Below, one piece after another: positions 1 to 9,634 of a stretch of DNA of 27,645 nt; position 1 is the first letter of the stretch; each line of letters starts with the position of its first letter. Where the stretch lies: NCBI GenBank assembly GCA_041688295.1, contig JBDNIM010000101.1:1-27645 (forward strand), read 5' to 3'. Source of the stretch: Bacteroidia bacterium. Its GTDB lineage: Bacteria; Bacteroidota; Bacteroidia; NS11-12g; UBA955. Under the pieces are notes generated by a model. That model saw only the letters and a program-made list of their open reading frames with translations, was not told the DNA's origin and did not search any database. The translations under genes and the position numbers were made by a program.

Positions 1-155
1 ACTTCATTTTCAGCCTTTTTGTCGTTTTTCCCATCGCTTTCAAATGCAATGTTCCAGCCAAAAGAGTGATACTTTTTAGTTACTGTTAGTTTTTGTCCGC
101 AGCTTGAAATTAACAAGGCAGAGATAATTGTTAATGATAGAAAAATTTTTTTCAT
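1..155 (-). CDS. Lipoprotein of unknown function (5' part, runs off the window)
   Basis: Manual translation from ATG at 155: MKKIFLSLTIISALLISSCGQKLTVTKKYHSFGWNIAF...; KK, hydrophobic stretch, ISSC lipobox; open to the window edge. Not in the ORF track. Confidence 0.7.
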   Translation of the reverse strand, partial: MKKIFLSLTIISALLISSCGQKLTVTKKYHSFGWNIAFESDGKNDKKAENE

Positions 156-194
156 AATATATTATAATTGATTAAGGCACAAATATAAAAGTAT

Positions 195-1208
195 TTATGA
201 GAGAAAAAAATTTTTTTTCTTTTTTCTCAGGTAATATTCCATAGCAATGCTTTTGTGCAATACTAATTCAGAATTATATACATTTTTTTTGCTTGTATTT
301 CGCTTTTTATACCAATATTTAAGCCTAAAAACGAAATGTCTATGTGCCTTTGCAACAGCAAAAAAGTCAGCTGATTTTCCTTGAAACAACCATCTATAAG
401 CCGCCACATGGTCTAATATTAATCTTGCAATAATAATGGGCAATAGTTTGTTTTTAGGTAGGTTTTTTATCAATAAAATCAATCCATTTCTAAAATTAAA
501 ATATGTTTTTTGTGGATTTGTCTTTTTTAAAGTTCCCCCGCCAACATGATATACTTTACTCTCTGGACAAACCATAATTTTATAGCCTTTGTTTTGCAAT
601 CTCCAGCATAAATCTATTTCCTCCATGTGTGCGAAAAAATCTTCATCTAGTCCTCCTAATTCATGATATAATTCAGCCTTTATAAACATGGCAGCTCCCG
701 TTGCCCAAAATATTTGTTTAATATCGTCATATTGCCCTTGGTCTTCTTCAATTGTTTCAAAAATTCTTCCTCTACAATATGGAAAACCAAATTTATCAAT
801 AAAACCACCACAAGCACCCGCATATTCAAATTTTGCTGGGTAATTATAATCTAATATTTTGGGCTGTATTGCGCCAATTTTTTTATCAGATATTGCTAAA
901 TTAACCATTGGTTGCAACCAGTCTTTATCAACTTTTACATCACTGTTTAATAAAACGAAATAATCTGCTTCAACTAATTTCAATCCGTGGTTATACCCTC
1001 CCGTAAAACCATAATTTTCCTGTAATTCTATTACTTTAATATTTTTAAAATTGCTTTTTAAAAACGCAACAGAATCATCTTTTGAGTGATTGTCTATAAC
1101 AACTATTTCTTTGTTTTCATAGTTTGTATCGCAAACGCTTGGGAGAAAATCTTTTAAAAAATCTTTTGTGTTATAGTTTAAAATAACAATCGCTACTTTA
1201 GGATTCAT
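195..1208 (-). CDS. Glycosyltransferase family 2 (GT-A fold)
   Basis: VAIVILNYN, VIDNHSKD, NYGFTGGYN, LLNSD, WATGAAMFI, FFAHMEEIDLCWR, VYHVGGGT. Start moved to MNPKV (ATG 1208) because the longer ORF start lies inside the upstream gene. Confidence 0.9.
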   Translation of the reverse strand: MNPKVAIVILNYNTKDFLKDFLPSVCDTNYENKEIVVIDNHSKDDSVAFLKSNFKNIKVIELQENYGFTGGYNHGLKLVEADYFVLLNSDVKVDKDWLQPMVNLAISDKKIGAIQPKILDYNYPAKFEYAGACGGFIDKFGFPYCRGRIFETIEEDQGQYDDIKQIFWATGAAMFIKAELYHELGGLDEDFFAHMEEIDLCWRLQNKGYKIMVCPESKVYHVGGGTLKKTNPQKTYFNFRNGLILLIKNLPKNKLLPIIIARLILDHVAAYRWLFQGKSADFFAVAKAHRHFVFRLKYWYKKRNTSKKNVYNSELVLHKSIAMEYYLRKKKKNFFLS

Positions 1209-1596
1209 TTTCTTTTTTATCTTCTTCTTTTTCCCCAATTTCATAAGGCACAAAAACAAACTGAGCGCCCAATTGCGTAATCAAAAAAATGCAACAATGT
1301 GTTTTTGGATTTTTATAAGTAACCTTAAATTTTTCAACATTTTTGGGCAAAATAATCTTTTTTTCTACAAATTCTTCCATTGTGCTAGCTTGAATACTAA
1401 ACGATGTGCCTAACTCTTCTTTATCTAAAATCATTTCACCCAATTTTACCTCAGCCTGATGGGCTATAAAAATAGGAAATTCACTAAATTTTTCATTAAT
1501 AATATCTTCACTAACTTCTTTGATAGAATCTTTAAATAAATTCAAATCTAGTTGCAATAAATTTAATATTTGTTTTAAAAGTGCGTCTTGCTCCAT
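1198..1596 (-). CDS. Hypothetical protein (132 aa), coupled to the GT2 gene
   Basis: Fills the gap between pheS and GT2, 7 nt after the pheS stop and overlapping the GT2 start; globular composition; no motif recognised. Confidence 0.75.
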   Translation of the reverse strand: MEQDALLKQILNLLQLDLNLFKDSIKEVSEDIINEKFSEFPIFIAHQAEVKLGEMILDKEELGTSFSIQASTMEEFVEKKIILPKNVEKFKVTYKNPKTHCCIFLITQLGAQFVFVPYEIGEKEEDKKENES

Positions 1597-1603
1597 GGTG
1601 TAA

Positions 1604-2614
1604 TTAAAATTGTTTTAAAAATCTTAAATCATTTTCAAACATTTGTCTAATATCTTTAATCCCATATTTTAACATAGCTATTCTATCTACTCCCATTCCA
1701 AAAGCAAAACCTGAGTACTTTTCAGGGTCTATATTGCAATTAATCAAAACATTTGGATCTACCATACCGCAACCCAAAATTTCTAACCATCCTGTGCCTT
1801 TTGTTAATCTGTAATCTTGTTCTGTTTCCGTGCCTAAAAAAATATCCATTTCTGCACTCGGTTCGGTAAAAGGAAAATAGGAAGGTCGGAATCTGATTTC
1901 TCTTTCTCCAAAAAATTGTGATACAAAATAATATAGTGTTTGTTTTAAGTCAGCAAAACTTACCGATTCATTAATATAAAGTCCTTCAATTTGATGAAAA
2001 AAACAATTTGATCTTGAAGAAACAGCTTCATTTCTATAAACTCTGCCTGGCATTAAAGCTCGAATTGGCGGCTTTTCGCTCTCCATTAATCTTATTTGAA
2101 CACTGCTTGTATGCGTTCTTAATGCAAAATTACCAAATGGTTCTTTATTCACAAAAAAAGTATCTTGCATATCCCTCGCTGGGTGATTTTCAGGAAAATT
2201 TAAAGACGTAAAATTATGCCAATCATCTTCAATTTCTGGCCCATTTGCTATTGAAAAACCTATTTTTTCAAAAATTTCTATTATTTCATTCTTTACCACT
2301 GTAATGGGGTGCAAACTTCCCATTTCATAAGCGTTTGTAGGTAATGATTTATCATAAGTATTGACTTCACTTTTATTTGAAGCATATTTTTCTTTAAATT
2401 CCTCATATTTTTCCTCTGCTGTTTGCCTTAAAATATTTAATTCTTTTCCAATTTCTCTTTTTTCATCACCTTGGATAGTTTTAAACTTTTCAAACAATTC
2501 CCCAATAACACTTTTTTTTGCTAAAAAATTATTTCGGAACAATTCCACATCGCCAACTTTCTCGGCAACGGAATTTTTAATTGTTTCTTTCAAATGGTTA
2601 ATCTCATTTAACAT
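1604..2614 (-). CDS. pheS: Phenylalanine--tRNA ligase alpha subunit
   Basis: GSLHPIT, NFTSLNFPENHPARDMQDTF, LRTHTSSVQIR, GRVYRNE, FHQIEGL, FRPSYFPFTEPSAE, WLEILGCGMV, GFAFGMGVDRIAMLKYGIKDIR. Start set at MLNEI (2614), just downstream of a -7 element. Confidence 0.97.
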   Translation of the reverse strand: MLNEINHLKETIKNSVAEKVGDVELFRNNFLAKKSVIGELFEKFKTIQGDEKREIGKELNILRQTAEEKYEEFKEKYASNKSEVNTYDKSLPTNAYEMGSLHPITVVKNEIIEIFEKIGFSIANGPEIEDDWHNFTSLNFPENHPARDMQDTFFVNKEPFGNFALRTHTSSVQIRLMESEKPPIRALMPGRVYRNEAVSSRSNCFFHQIEGLYINESVSFADLKQTLYYFVSQFFGEREIRFRPSYFPFTEPSAEMDIFLGTETEQDYRLTKGTGWLEILGCGMVDPNVLINCNIDPEKYSGFAFGMGVDRIAMLKYGIKDIRQMFENDLRFLKQF

Positions 2615-2619
2615 GATTG

Positions 2620-2627
2620 CAAAAGTA
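2620..2627 (-). promoter_or_regulatory. Bacteroidota sigma-A -7 element for pheS
   Basis: TACTTTTG on the minus strand matches TAnnTTTG; 5 nt before the ATG at 2614. Confidence 0.6.
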
Positions 2628-2659
2628 ATTAAAATTAATAACTCTCTCAATCCACTTTA

Positions 2660-3026
2660 ATCACAAAGCAATAATAATAAATCTTTAAATAAAAATATAT
2701 ACTAATATTAATAGGGTGTTTATATCTTGATATCTTTAATAAAATTAATTTTTTTATATTCTATTTTATTTTTACCCATTAGTTATCAACCTTATTTTAC
2801 TTATGTTTATATGAGTTTTAATGTAGTTTTAATGTAGTTTTAAACATATTAACACCCATGTGAATTTGCTGTTACTTTATTATTAATTTTAGGTGAAAAT
2901 GTTAACAAGCAAAATATTTATCCCCCATTTAAGAAAGTTATTAGACACAATATATCACATTTATAGAGTACCATTCTTTTACATTAATTTTACCATACAC
3001 TGTTGTTAACTTTGTGTATAAAATCG
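2660..3026. other. Candidate oriC
   Basis: Very AT-rich noncoding region. One TTATNCACA match (TGTGTATAA 3013-3021), one 1-mismatch box (TTAGACACA 2941-2949), several 2-mismatch boxes (2783, 2859, 2892, 2900, 2918) and tandem AT-rich 11-mers; mnmG and parS-like sites are nearby. Confidence 0.45.
2814..2844 (+). repeat. Tandem 11-bp AT-rich repeat (AGTTTTAATGT x2 plus partial third copy)
   Basis: Read directly: 2814-2824, 2825-2835, then AGTTTTAAA at 2836-2844. Confidence 0.8.
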
Positions 3027-4340
3027 TTATTTTTTTATAATAATTTCTTCAATCCAATTAGGTTTTATGACTATTTTTTTGTATTGTAATGGATTGATTA
3101 ATAGATTTTTATGAAAGTTACTTAAATCATATATTTCTAATAAATATTCACCGTCATCTAAAATAATATTTATTTCCTTTTCTTTTATTACCTTGCTTAT
3201 TATTAGTTTATTTTTACTGTAAATAAGTACGAATAAATTCTTAAATTCTTCGTTTTTGATTAATATTTCACTGTTAATTTTTTTATAATTATTAGGTGAA
3301 AGGATGATATTAAAATTTAAGCTATCTAAAAAAGTAATATTTATAGTATCTTTTTTATTTTCACTGAAATAGGTGGTATATAATTGCGTCTTTAAATTCG
3401 TTTTAAAGCCATTTAAAACAATTTTGTTAAAATTATTATTTATAGTATAGTTAAATCCTATTTTCTCTTTATAAACCGCTATATTCTGTTCTAAATATTT
3501 TTTTACTAATTTTTTTATATCGTTTGAACTAAAATTTTCATTTAAAAAAATTGTTGAATCTTTATCAGTGTATAATAATTGTCTTTTATCTTTAAATATT
3601 AGAGGATTAAAATCACTTTTTTTGTATATGATATAATTACTATCTAAATTAGTTTTAGTTGTTGTATCGATAATTAATTGATGTGGAACTATAATTTCTT
3701 GTCCTTCAGATATAGTGTCAAAATTATAAATAGAATTTAATAATATTTTATGTTGCTTTTCATCTTCTGCAAAAATGTAATAGTTATATAATTCATTGGT
3801 TTTAAGACCTTGAATGGTGTTCTCACCATCATTTGTTAATTTAAGCTGATATTCTATTTTATTAAAGTTAAAACTATCTGGCTGTGTGCTATATAAGTTT
3901 ATATGAATATTCTTATATTCTGCTAAATTCTTGTAGCTAAACTTTATTTTACCGCTGTCAATGTCTTTACCTGTAGAAAACAAATAATTAAAATTAAATA
4001 AAATTCCTTCATTGTTGTCTTTTATTCCTTTATTTATATTTAATTCATAAGTTGTATTGTTTTGGAGACCACTGTCTAAAGTGATAACTAAACTTTTACC
4101 AATAACTTCTGATTTAATCGTTGTATGTTTAGGGTATATATTTATATTTTTTGAAGGTTCATTTAATTGAATGTATTCATCAAATTTTAAAATGATTCTT
4201 TTCTCATTAAAATTATTTCTATGTAAATTTGTTTTAACAATATTGGGCGACAATTCATCTTTTTTTCCACCAGATAGGTTGCCAATACTAGCGCAACTAT
4301 GTATTAATATTGCAGCGAAAAGTATAATAAATTTCTTCAT
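3027..4340 (-). CDS. Ig-like (Big_5-type) domain lipoprotein
   Basis: Lipobox IHSC followed by ASIGNLSGGKKDELSP and IILKFDEYIQL...NTTYELNINKGIKDNNEG...YLFSTG, the pattern of the Bacteroidota lipoprotein commonly found downstream of mnmG. Confidence 0.8.
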   Translation of the reverse strand: MKKFIILFAAILIHSCASIGNLSGGKKDELSPNIVKTNLHRNNFNEKRIILKFDEYIQLNEPSKNINIYPKHTTIKSEVIGKSLVITLDSGLQNNTTYELNINKGIKDNNEGILFNFNYLFSTGKDIDSGKIKFSYKNLAEYKNIHINLYSTQPDSFNFNKIEYQLKLTNDGENTIQGLKTNELYNYYIFAEDEKQHKILLNSIYNFDTISEGQEIIVPHQLIIDTTTKTNLDSNYIIYKKSDFNPLIFKDKRQLLYTDKDSTIFLNENFSSNDIKKLVKKYLEQNIAVYKEKIGFNYTINNNFNKIVLNGFKTNLKTQLYTTYFSENKKDTINITFLDSLNFNIILSPNNYKKINSEILIKNEEFKNLFVLIYSKNKLIISKVIKEKEINIILDDGEYLLEIYDLSNFHKNLLINPLQYKKIVIKPNWIEEIIIKK

Positions 4341-4344
4341 ATAT

Positions 4345-6198
4345 TTATCTACCCAAATGGATTAACAGAACTGAAACATCTGATGGAGAAACACCGCTTA
4401 TCCTTGATGCTTGACCAATGCTTTGTGGTTTAATTTTATTCAACTTTTCCCTTGCCTCCAGGCTCAACGATTTTATACTTAAATAATCAAAGTCTATATT
4501 TAATTGATAGTCTTCCAATTTAACTAGTTTCTCAGCCATTAAATTTTCTTTTAAAATATAGTGCTCATATTTAATCAAAATGTCTATCTGTTCTAAAATT
4601 TCTTCATCTATCGTAATTAATTCAGGGGCAATTTTAAGAAAGTCAAATATAGAAAGTTGTGGTCTTAAAATAAGCTTATCAAGTTTAGTTTTTTGGGTAA
4701 TAGTATTAGTCTCCTTTTCTACTAACAAATCATTTACCTCATTTTCTGCTATAGATTTGGTTTTGATAAAATTTAATGTTTCAGTTATGATTTCTTTTTT
4801 AGCATGTAGATTTTTCAATCTAATTTCTTCGGCCAGTCCAATTTTATAGCCAATCTCTGTCAATCTATCATCTGCATTATCTTGTCTAAGTAAAATTCTG
4901 AATTCAGCTCTTGAAGTAAACATTCTGTAAGGCTCTTCCGTCCCTTTGTTAATCAGATCGTCTATTAGAACACCAATATATGCTTCTGAACGGCTCAAAA
5001 CCAACGGATCTAAATCATTTATTTTTAAGTGGGCATTAATACCTGCCATTAAACCTTGACAAGCAGCTTCCTCATATCCTGTTGTACCGTTTATTTGACC
5101 AGCGAAATAGAGTCCATCAATAAGTTTGGTTTCTAAAGTTGACTTTAATTGAGTTGGTTGAAAAAAATCATATTCAATGGCATAGCCAGGTCTGAATATT
5201 TTAGCCATTTCAAATCCAGGTATCAATCGTATGGCTTTTAATTGAACATCTTCCGGTAATGATGTAGAGAATCCATTAATATACATTTCAATTGTTTGCC
5301 AACCTTCGGGCTCAACAAATATTTGGTGTCTATCTCTTTCAGCAAAACGATTGATTTTATCTTCTATGGAAGGGCAATACCTTGGTCCAATGCCTTGTAT
5401 TCTGCCATTAAACATGGGCGATTTTTCAAATCCTTCTCTTAAAGTTTCGTGTACATTTTCATTGGTGTAGGTTATATAGCAAGGCAGTTGGTGTTTTAAT
5501 GACGATGTGGTTTTGAGATATGAAAATTTTTGAGGATTTATGTCTCCATCTTGTTGCTCCATTTTTGTGTAATTAAGACTTCTTCCATCTACTCTTGGAG
5601 GTGTGCCAGTCTTCATTCTACCGTATTCAAAGCCCAACTTAACCAATGCTGCTGTTATTCCAACACTATTTGTTTCTGCCATTCTACCGCCTCCAAACTT
5701 CTTTTCTCCGATATGTATCAATCCGTTTAGAAAAGTGCCACTTGTTAATACAACCGCTTTTCCATTAAAATTGTAACCTAGAGATGTTGTTACACCTTTT
5801 ATTGTATTATTTTCTGTTATTATGTCAATTACATTGTCTTGCACAAAGTCAACATTTTTGTTTGCTTCTAATATTAAACGCCATTCTTCCGAAAAACGCA
5901 TTCTATCTGATTGTGCTCTTGGACTCCACATAGCAGCCCCTTTCGATCGGTTTAGCATTCTAAATTGTATCATGGTTTTGTCTGTTACAATGCCGCTCAT
6001 GCCTCCAAGTGCATCTATTTCTCTAACAATTTGGCCTTTAGCCACACCTCCCATTGCAGGATTGCAGCTCATTTTGGCGATTGTTTCCATGTTCATTGTA
6101 ATTAACAGCACTTTGCTGCCCATTGTTGCTGCCGCATGTGCCGCTTCGCATCCTGCATGCCCAGCACCGACTATTATTATATCATAAATGTTTTCCAT
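4345..6198 (-). CDS. mnmG: tRNA uridine-5-carboxymethylaminomethyl(34) synthesis enzyme MnmG (GidA)
   Basis: IIVGAGHAGCEAA, MSCNPAMGGVAKGQIVREIDALGG, RMKTGTPPR, GPRYCPSIEDK, AGQINGTTGYEEAACQG, YRMFTSRAEFR, QASRISGVSPSD. Confidence 0.98.
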   Translation of the reverse strand: MENIYDIIIVGAGHAGCEAAHAAATMGSKVLLITMNMETIAKMSCNPAMGGVAKGQIVREIDALGGMSGIVTDKTMIQFRMLNRSKGAAMWSPRAQSDRMRFSEEWRLILEANKNVDFVQDNVIDIITENNTIKGVTTSLGYNFNGKAVVLTSGTFLNGLIHIGEKKFGGGRMAETNSVGITAALVKLGFEYGRMKTGTPPRVDGRSLNYTKMEQQDGDINPQKFSYLKTTSSLKHQLPCYITYTNENVHETLREGFEKSPMFNGRIQGIGPRYCPSIEDKINRFAERDRHQIFVEPEGWQTIEMYINGFSTSLPEDVQLKAIRLIPGFEMAKIFRPGYAIEYDFFQPTQLKSTLETKLIDGLYFAGQINGTTGYEEAACQGLMAGINAHLKINDLDPLVLSRSEAYIGVLIDDLINKGTEEPYRMFTSRAEFRILLRQDNADDRLTEIGYKIGLAEEIRLKNLHAKKEIITETLNFIKTKSIAENEVNDLLVEKETNTITQKTKLDKLILRPQLSIFDFLKIAPELITIDEEILEQIDILIKYEHYILKENLMAEKLVKLEDYQLNIDFDYLSIKSLSLEAREKLNKIKPQSIGQASRISGVSPSDVSVLLIHLGR

Positions 6199-6199
6199 C

Positions 6200-6637
6200 T
6201 TATTTGTTCCCCGTGGAACTTTTTATTATTTTGTAATGTTCTATGTATTTATTCTCCTGACTTGTCATTATGTCTTTGTCTTTTTTTGTTTTATCGTTTT
6301 CGCCAACTAAGTGTAAAAATCCGTGAATTATTATCCTTAGAAGTTCCTCGTGGAACATTGTGTTAAATGTTTTTGCATTGTCTTTCACAGTTTCAAAACT
6401 TATATAGAGGTCGCCTGAAACAAAATTTTCTTCAGAATAATCGTGTGTTATTATGTCTGTGTAATATTCGTGTTGCAAATAGGTTTTGTTCATTTCAAGC
6501 AGTTCGTTGTCATCCACAAGCACTATCGCTATATCCCCTAATTGTTTCTTATAATCAATGCTTATTTGTTTGTAAAGCACCTTAATTGCATTGATTTTGC
6601 CTTTTAATAGTGTTTTTTTACCACCTATACTTATCAT
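6200..6637 (-). CDS. ybeY: rRNA maturation endoribonuclease YbeY
   Basis: LNxxYLQHEYYTDIIT-type motif (MNKTYLQHEYYTDIITHDY), GDLYIS, IIIHGFLHLVGEND (H-x3-H metal site; the usual third His reads N in this translation). Confidence 0.92.
   Translation of the reverse strand: MISIGGKKTLLKGKINAIKVLYKQISIDYKKQLGDIAIVLVDDNELLEMNKTYLQHEYYTDIITHDYSEENFVSGDLYISFETVKDNAKTFNTMFHEELLRIIIHGFLHLVGENDKTKKDKDIMTSQENKYIEHYKIIKSSTGNK
6205..6220. promoter_or_regulatory. parS-like site 1
   Basis: TGTTCCCCGTGGAACT, 14/16 to the palindrome TGTTCCACGTGGAACA; inside the ybeY 3' end, just upstream of the mnmG start. Confidence 0.75.
6342..6357. promoter_or_regulatory. parS-like site 2
   Basis: AGTTCCTCGTGGAACA, 14/16 to consensus; inside ybeY, encoding MFHEEL. 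Confidence 0.75.
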
Positions 6638-8397
6638 TATTTTAATACTGTTATTGTTCCTGTGAAAAGTAGTATTGTGCCGTTAAGCGCAACTACCCTG
6701 CATTTATAAACATATATGTCTGATACCACCAACTCGTCTTTTGTGTCTTTTCCATCCCAACCTTCAGATATATTGGAAATTTTTTTAACCTGTTCTCCCC
6801 AACGGTTAAATATCCAAAGTTCTGATTTGCTTGTGTCTATAAACTGCCCTTTTGGAATAAATGTAGTGTTAAATCCATTTATTTGTATAGCGTTTGGGAA
6901 ATATACTATTGGCTCGGCTGTTATACAAGATATGTTACTGTAGCTTGTGTCTTGTCTTATATATGGTGGAGTAGGACTGTTTTCTATTGCCCTTACACAA
7001 TAACAAATGTAGTTTTCATTTAGACCAAATACGCTAAAGTCTTGGTGGTTTGTTTCTCTATTGTTAACTGTTGTCAGTGTGTTCCACGGGGAACTATTGT
7101 TGAAATTAGGGCTGTTTCCTAGTAGAATTTGTTGATTTTGCGTGTTTTTAATAAAGTCGTCATACAAACTCCATTTTAAATCTTGATTGCCTGGGCTTAT
7201 CATAAGAACCTTTAAAAGTATTGTTGTTGATACTTGGCTAGTATCAAAAATAAAGTTGCATGGCCCTGTCGTTGTGAAATAGTAACTATATGAAAATCTG
7301 TCTGTTTTTACATCCGTGTCAATTCTATTGATAACTCCACCCGTTGTTGGAATGTTCTCAAGTAAAAAGTATGCCCCATTGTTTTCTGATTTGTAAACAT
7401 CAATGGCTTGAAGGGAAGTGCCAGTTTCTGTAATTAAAGTCAACTCAATGTTTTTGTTGTTTACAGTTGCTTTTGCAACATAAGAATTTGCGCTTGCAAT
7501 AATGTTACTGCTTGTTCTGCAACTTTCATTAGAACTTGATGTTGTGTTTTCTCCTGCCTTTTTTGCTCTGATAAAGAAGCAATAATTATCGCCAAAGGTT
7601 GTAAAGTTATAAGTAAACTGACTGATTTGCGGAACAACAGTGCCAACCAGCTGATAGTTGTTTGCGTTAATTTTTCTATAAATTTGATAGCTCTCTACCG
7701 CCCATCCTAAATAATTAGTCCAGCTTAAACTGATTGTTTTGTTGCATTCATTATATGTGTTGGTTAAGTGCATGGTTGTGTGTGCCTGGCTGATTAACGA
7801 AGCAATATTACAACTGTCGAAAGCGGCAATACTATATGAAATTGGCTGTGATGCAGGATCTCTTGAACCTATGTCTAAATAATTTATTTGTGCTGTTGTA
7901 TGTATAATTGTGTTTACACCAGTTACATTATAAATATAATAACCTTTATTGTCTTTGCTGTTGTTGGTTTTCCAACCAATTTGGGTTTTCTGTGTAGCTA
8001 AATTAACTGACACAGAGTCTATTAGAGAATTTTCGGGGGCCGTAATATCGATAATTAAAGTATCGCTGTAAATGCTGTCTGTTCCAGCACAATTGGTGTT
8101 ATAAACCAAATAAAACTCCCACGAACGAAGGTTTTTTAGTTTTAGTTGCACATTGTCTAACGCAAAGTCGTTCCATTTGCCCATAAAGTTATATAAGCCT
8201 AAAATATCATCTCGTCCATAAACGCTAAAGCTTGTAAAACTGCCGCAATTGTCTGTGGGTCTAAACCATAATAAATTTACAGTTGAGTCTGCTCTGTTTA
8301 GACAAACTCGCCTCATTTTCGGCCTGTTTTCAACAGAAAAAGCCGAAATGGTTATTAATAAAAATAATACAAAAACGATATGTTTTTTAAATATCAC
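6637..8397 (-). CDS. T9SS type-B sorting domain (gliding-motility-associated CTD) protein with FnIII-like repeats
   Basis: Signal peptide; beta-sandwich repeats (ISLSWTNYLGW...YQIYRK...YCFFIRA); C-terminal YFPNAIQINGFNTTF...IFNRWGEQV...WDGKD...YVY...GTITVLK. Confidence 0.88.
   Translation of the reverse strand: MIFKKHIVFVLFLLITISAFSVENRPKMRRVCLNRADSTVNLLWFRPTDNCGSFTSFSVYGRDDILGLYNFMGKWNDFALDNVQLKLKNLRSWEFYLVYNTNCAGTDSIYSDTLIIDITAPENSLIDSVSVNLATQKTQIGWKTNNSKDNKGYYIYNVTGVNTIIHTTAQINYLDIGSRDPASQPISYSIAAFDSCNIASLISQAHTTMHLTNTYNECNKTISLSWTNYLGWAVESYQIYRKINANNYQLVGTVVPQISQFTYNFTTFGDNYCFFIRAKKAGENTTSSSNESCRTSSNIIASANSYVAKATVNNKNIELTLITETGTSLQAIDVYKSENNGAYFLLENIPTTGGVINRIDTDVKTDRFSYSYYFTTTGPCNFIFDTSQVSTTILLKVLMISPGNQDLKWSLYDDFIKNTQNQQILLGNSPNFNNSSPWNTLTTVNNRETNHQDFSVFGLNENYICYCVRAIENSPTPPYIRQDTSYSNISCITAEPIVYFPNAIQINGFNTTFIPKGQFIDTSKSELWIFNRWGEQVKKISNISEGWDGKDTKDELVVSDIYVYKCRVVALNGTILLFTGTITVLK
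7080..7095. promoter_or_regulatory. parS-like site 3
   Basis: TGTTCCACGGGGAACT, 14/16 to consensus; inside the T9SS cargo gene. Confidence 0.7.
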
Positions 8398-9634
8398 CTG
8401 ATATACAGTATTTTAACGAATTAAAGTCGAAAAAATTGTTCATTATTTCAATTATTTCCTCTGATGTAATGGCATTGACGGCTGCAACATACCTGTCGTA
8501 ATAATCAGAGTCGCCCATTAAATCTAAATGGGTTTTTAGTCTTTCGGAAACATTAAAAGGGCCATCGAAGTTTCTCATCAATGCACCTAAAAGATAGTTT
8601 TTGGCGGTCTTTAATTCTTCTTCACCAACCAATTGTGTTTTCATTAGATTGATTTCGTTTATAATTTCTTGATAAACGGTTTCACTCAATGTGGAATTGC
8701 ATTCACAACTTATTTTTAAGATACTAAAATCCCGAAAGGGTGTGATGCTAGAGAAGATCCCGTAAGTCAAGCCCTTCTCTTCTCTAATGTTTTTCATTAA
8801 TCTTGAGCCAAAATAACCTCCTAGAATTAGGTTACTCAATTGCAGTTTAAAGTAATCTTTGTGTGATCTGTTAGGCAAGATTTTGCCAAATCTAATCGCA
8901 TTTTGTGTGGCATTGTCTTTTTTTATGTGCTCTTCATCCGCTGTTTTTTCAACGATTGTCTCTTTAAATTGAGCAATCTCAGTAGTTTCGGTTTTAAAAC
9001 CTAAGTGGTTTAATTCACTAATAATGTCGAAATTTTCTGGCCCTGCAAATATAAATGAATAGTTATCTAAACTATTTGAATGATAATTCTTTAGATCTAT
9101 TGAACTAATGCTTTTAATTAAGTCTTCCGTAGATGACAAACTGAAAGGGTGCGTTGTTCCTAAAATCAAATGATTGATACCCCTACTCGCCAAAAAACTA
9201 GGTTTTTCTAAATTGATAGCTCTTTCGCTTAGTTTTTTGTTTTTGTATATTTCTAGTTCCTTTTCGTTGTAAATACAACCGTCTATTGCCTCTTTAACAA
9301 GCTTAACAATAGAAGAAAACTGATGGTTTGCGCCATAAATACTTATACATGCATTGTAGTAGTCGCAGGTTTTAAAAACAAATCCGCCCAAGGTGTCAAT
9401 TTCTTCAGATATTTTATGTGCGGTTTTAGTCGCTGTTCCGCTCAATATTAAATCTAAGCCATAAATGGCATCAAATTTATTATGATAGGTTGCAAATCCA
9501 GCATTAGGGAAAATGATTTCTAACTTAAAAACCCCTTCGTTTTGCTTAATATGATAGACATTTCCATTCGATTCAGGAAATTTAGTGCTAAGCTGTTGAA
9601 TTGTTTTTATATCGGGAGCAACTTTTCTGTTCAT
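8387..9634 (-). CDS. M16 family peptidase-like subunit, non-catalytic
   Basis: ILGGYFGSRLMKNIREEKGLTYGI, SGTATKTAHKISEEIDTLGG; no HXXEH motif. Confidence 0.88.
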   Translation of the reverse strand: MNRKVAPDIKTIQQLSTKFPESNGNVYHIKQNEGVFKLEIIFPNAGFATYHNKFDAIYGLDLILSGTATKTAHKISEEIDTLGGFVFKTCDYYNACISIYGANHQFSSIVKLVKEAIDGCIYNEKELEIYKNKKLSERAINLEKPSFLASRGINHLILGTTHPFSLSSTEDLIKSISSIDLKNYHSNSLDNYSFIFAGPENFDIISELNHLGFKTETTEIAQFKETIVEKTADEEHIKKDNATQNAIRFGKILPNRSHKDYFKLQLSNLILGGYFGSRLMKNIREEKGLTYGIFSSITPFRDFSILKISCECNSTLSETVYQEIINEINLMKTQLVGEEELKTAKNYLLGALMRNFDGPFNVSERLKTHLDLMGDSDYYDRYVAAVNAITSEEIIEIMNNFFDFNSLKYCISGDI

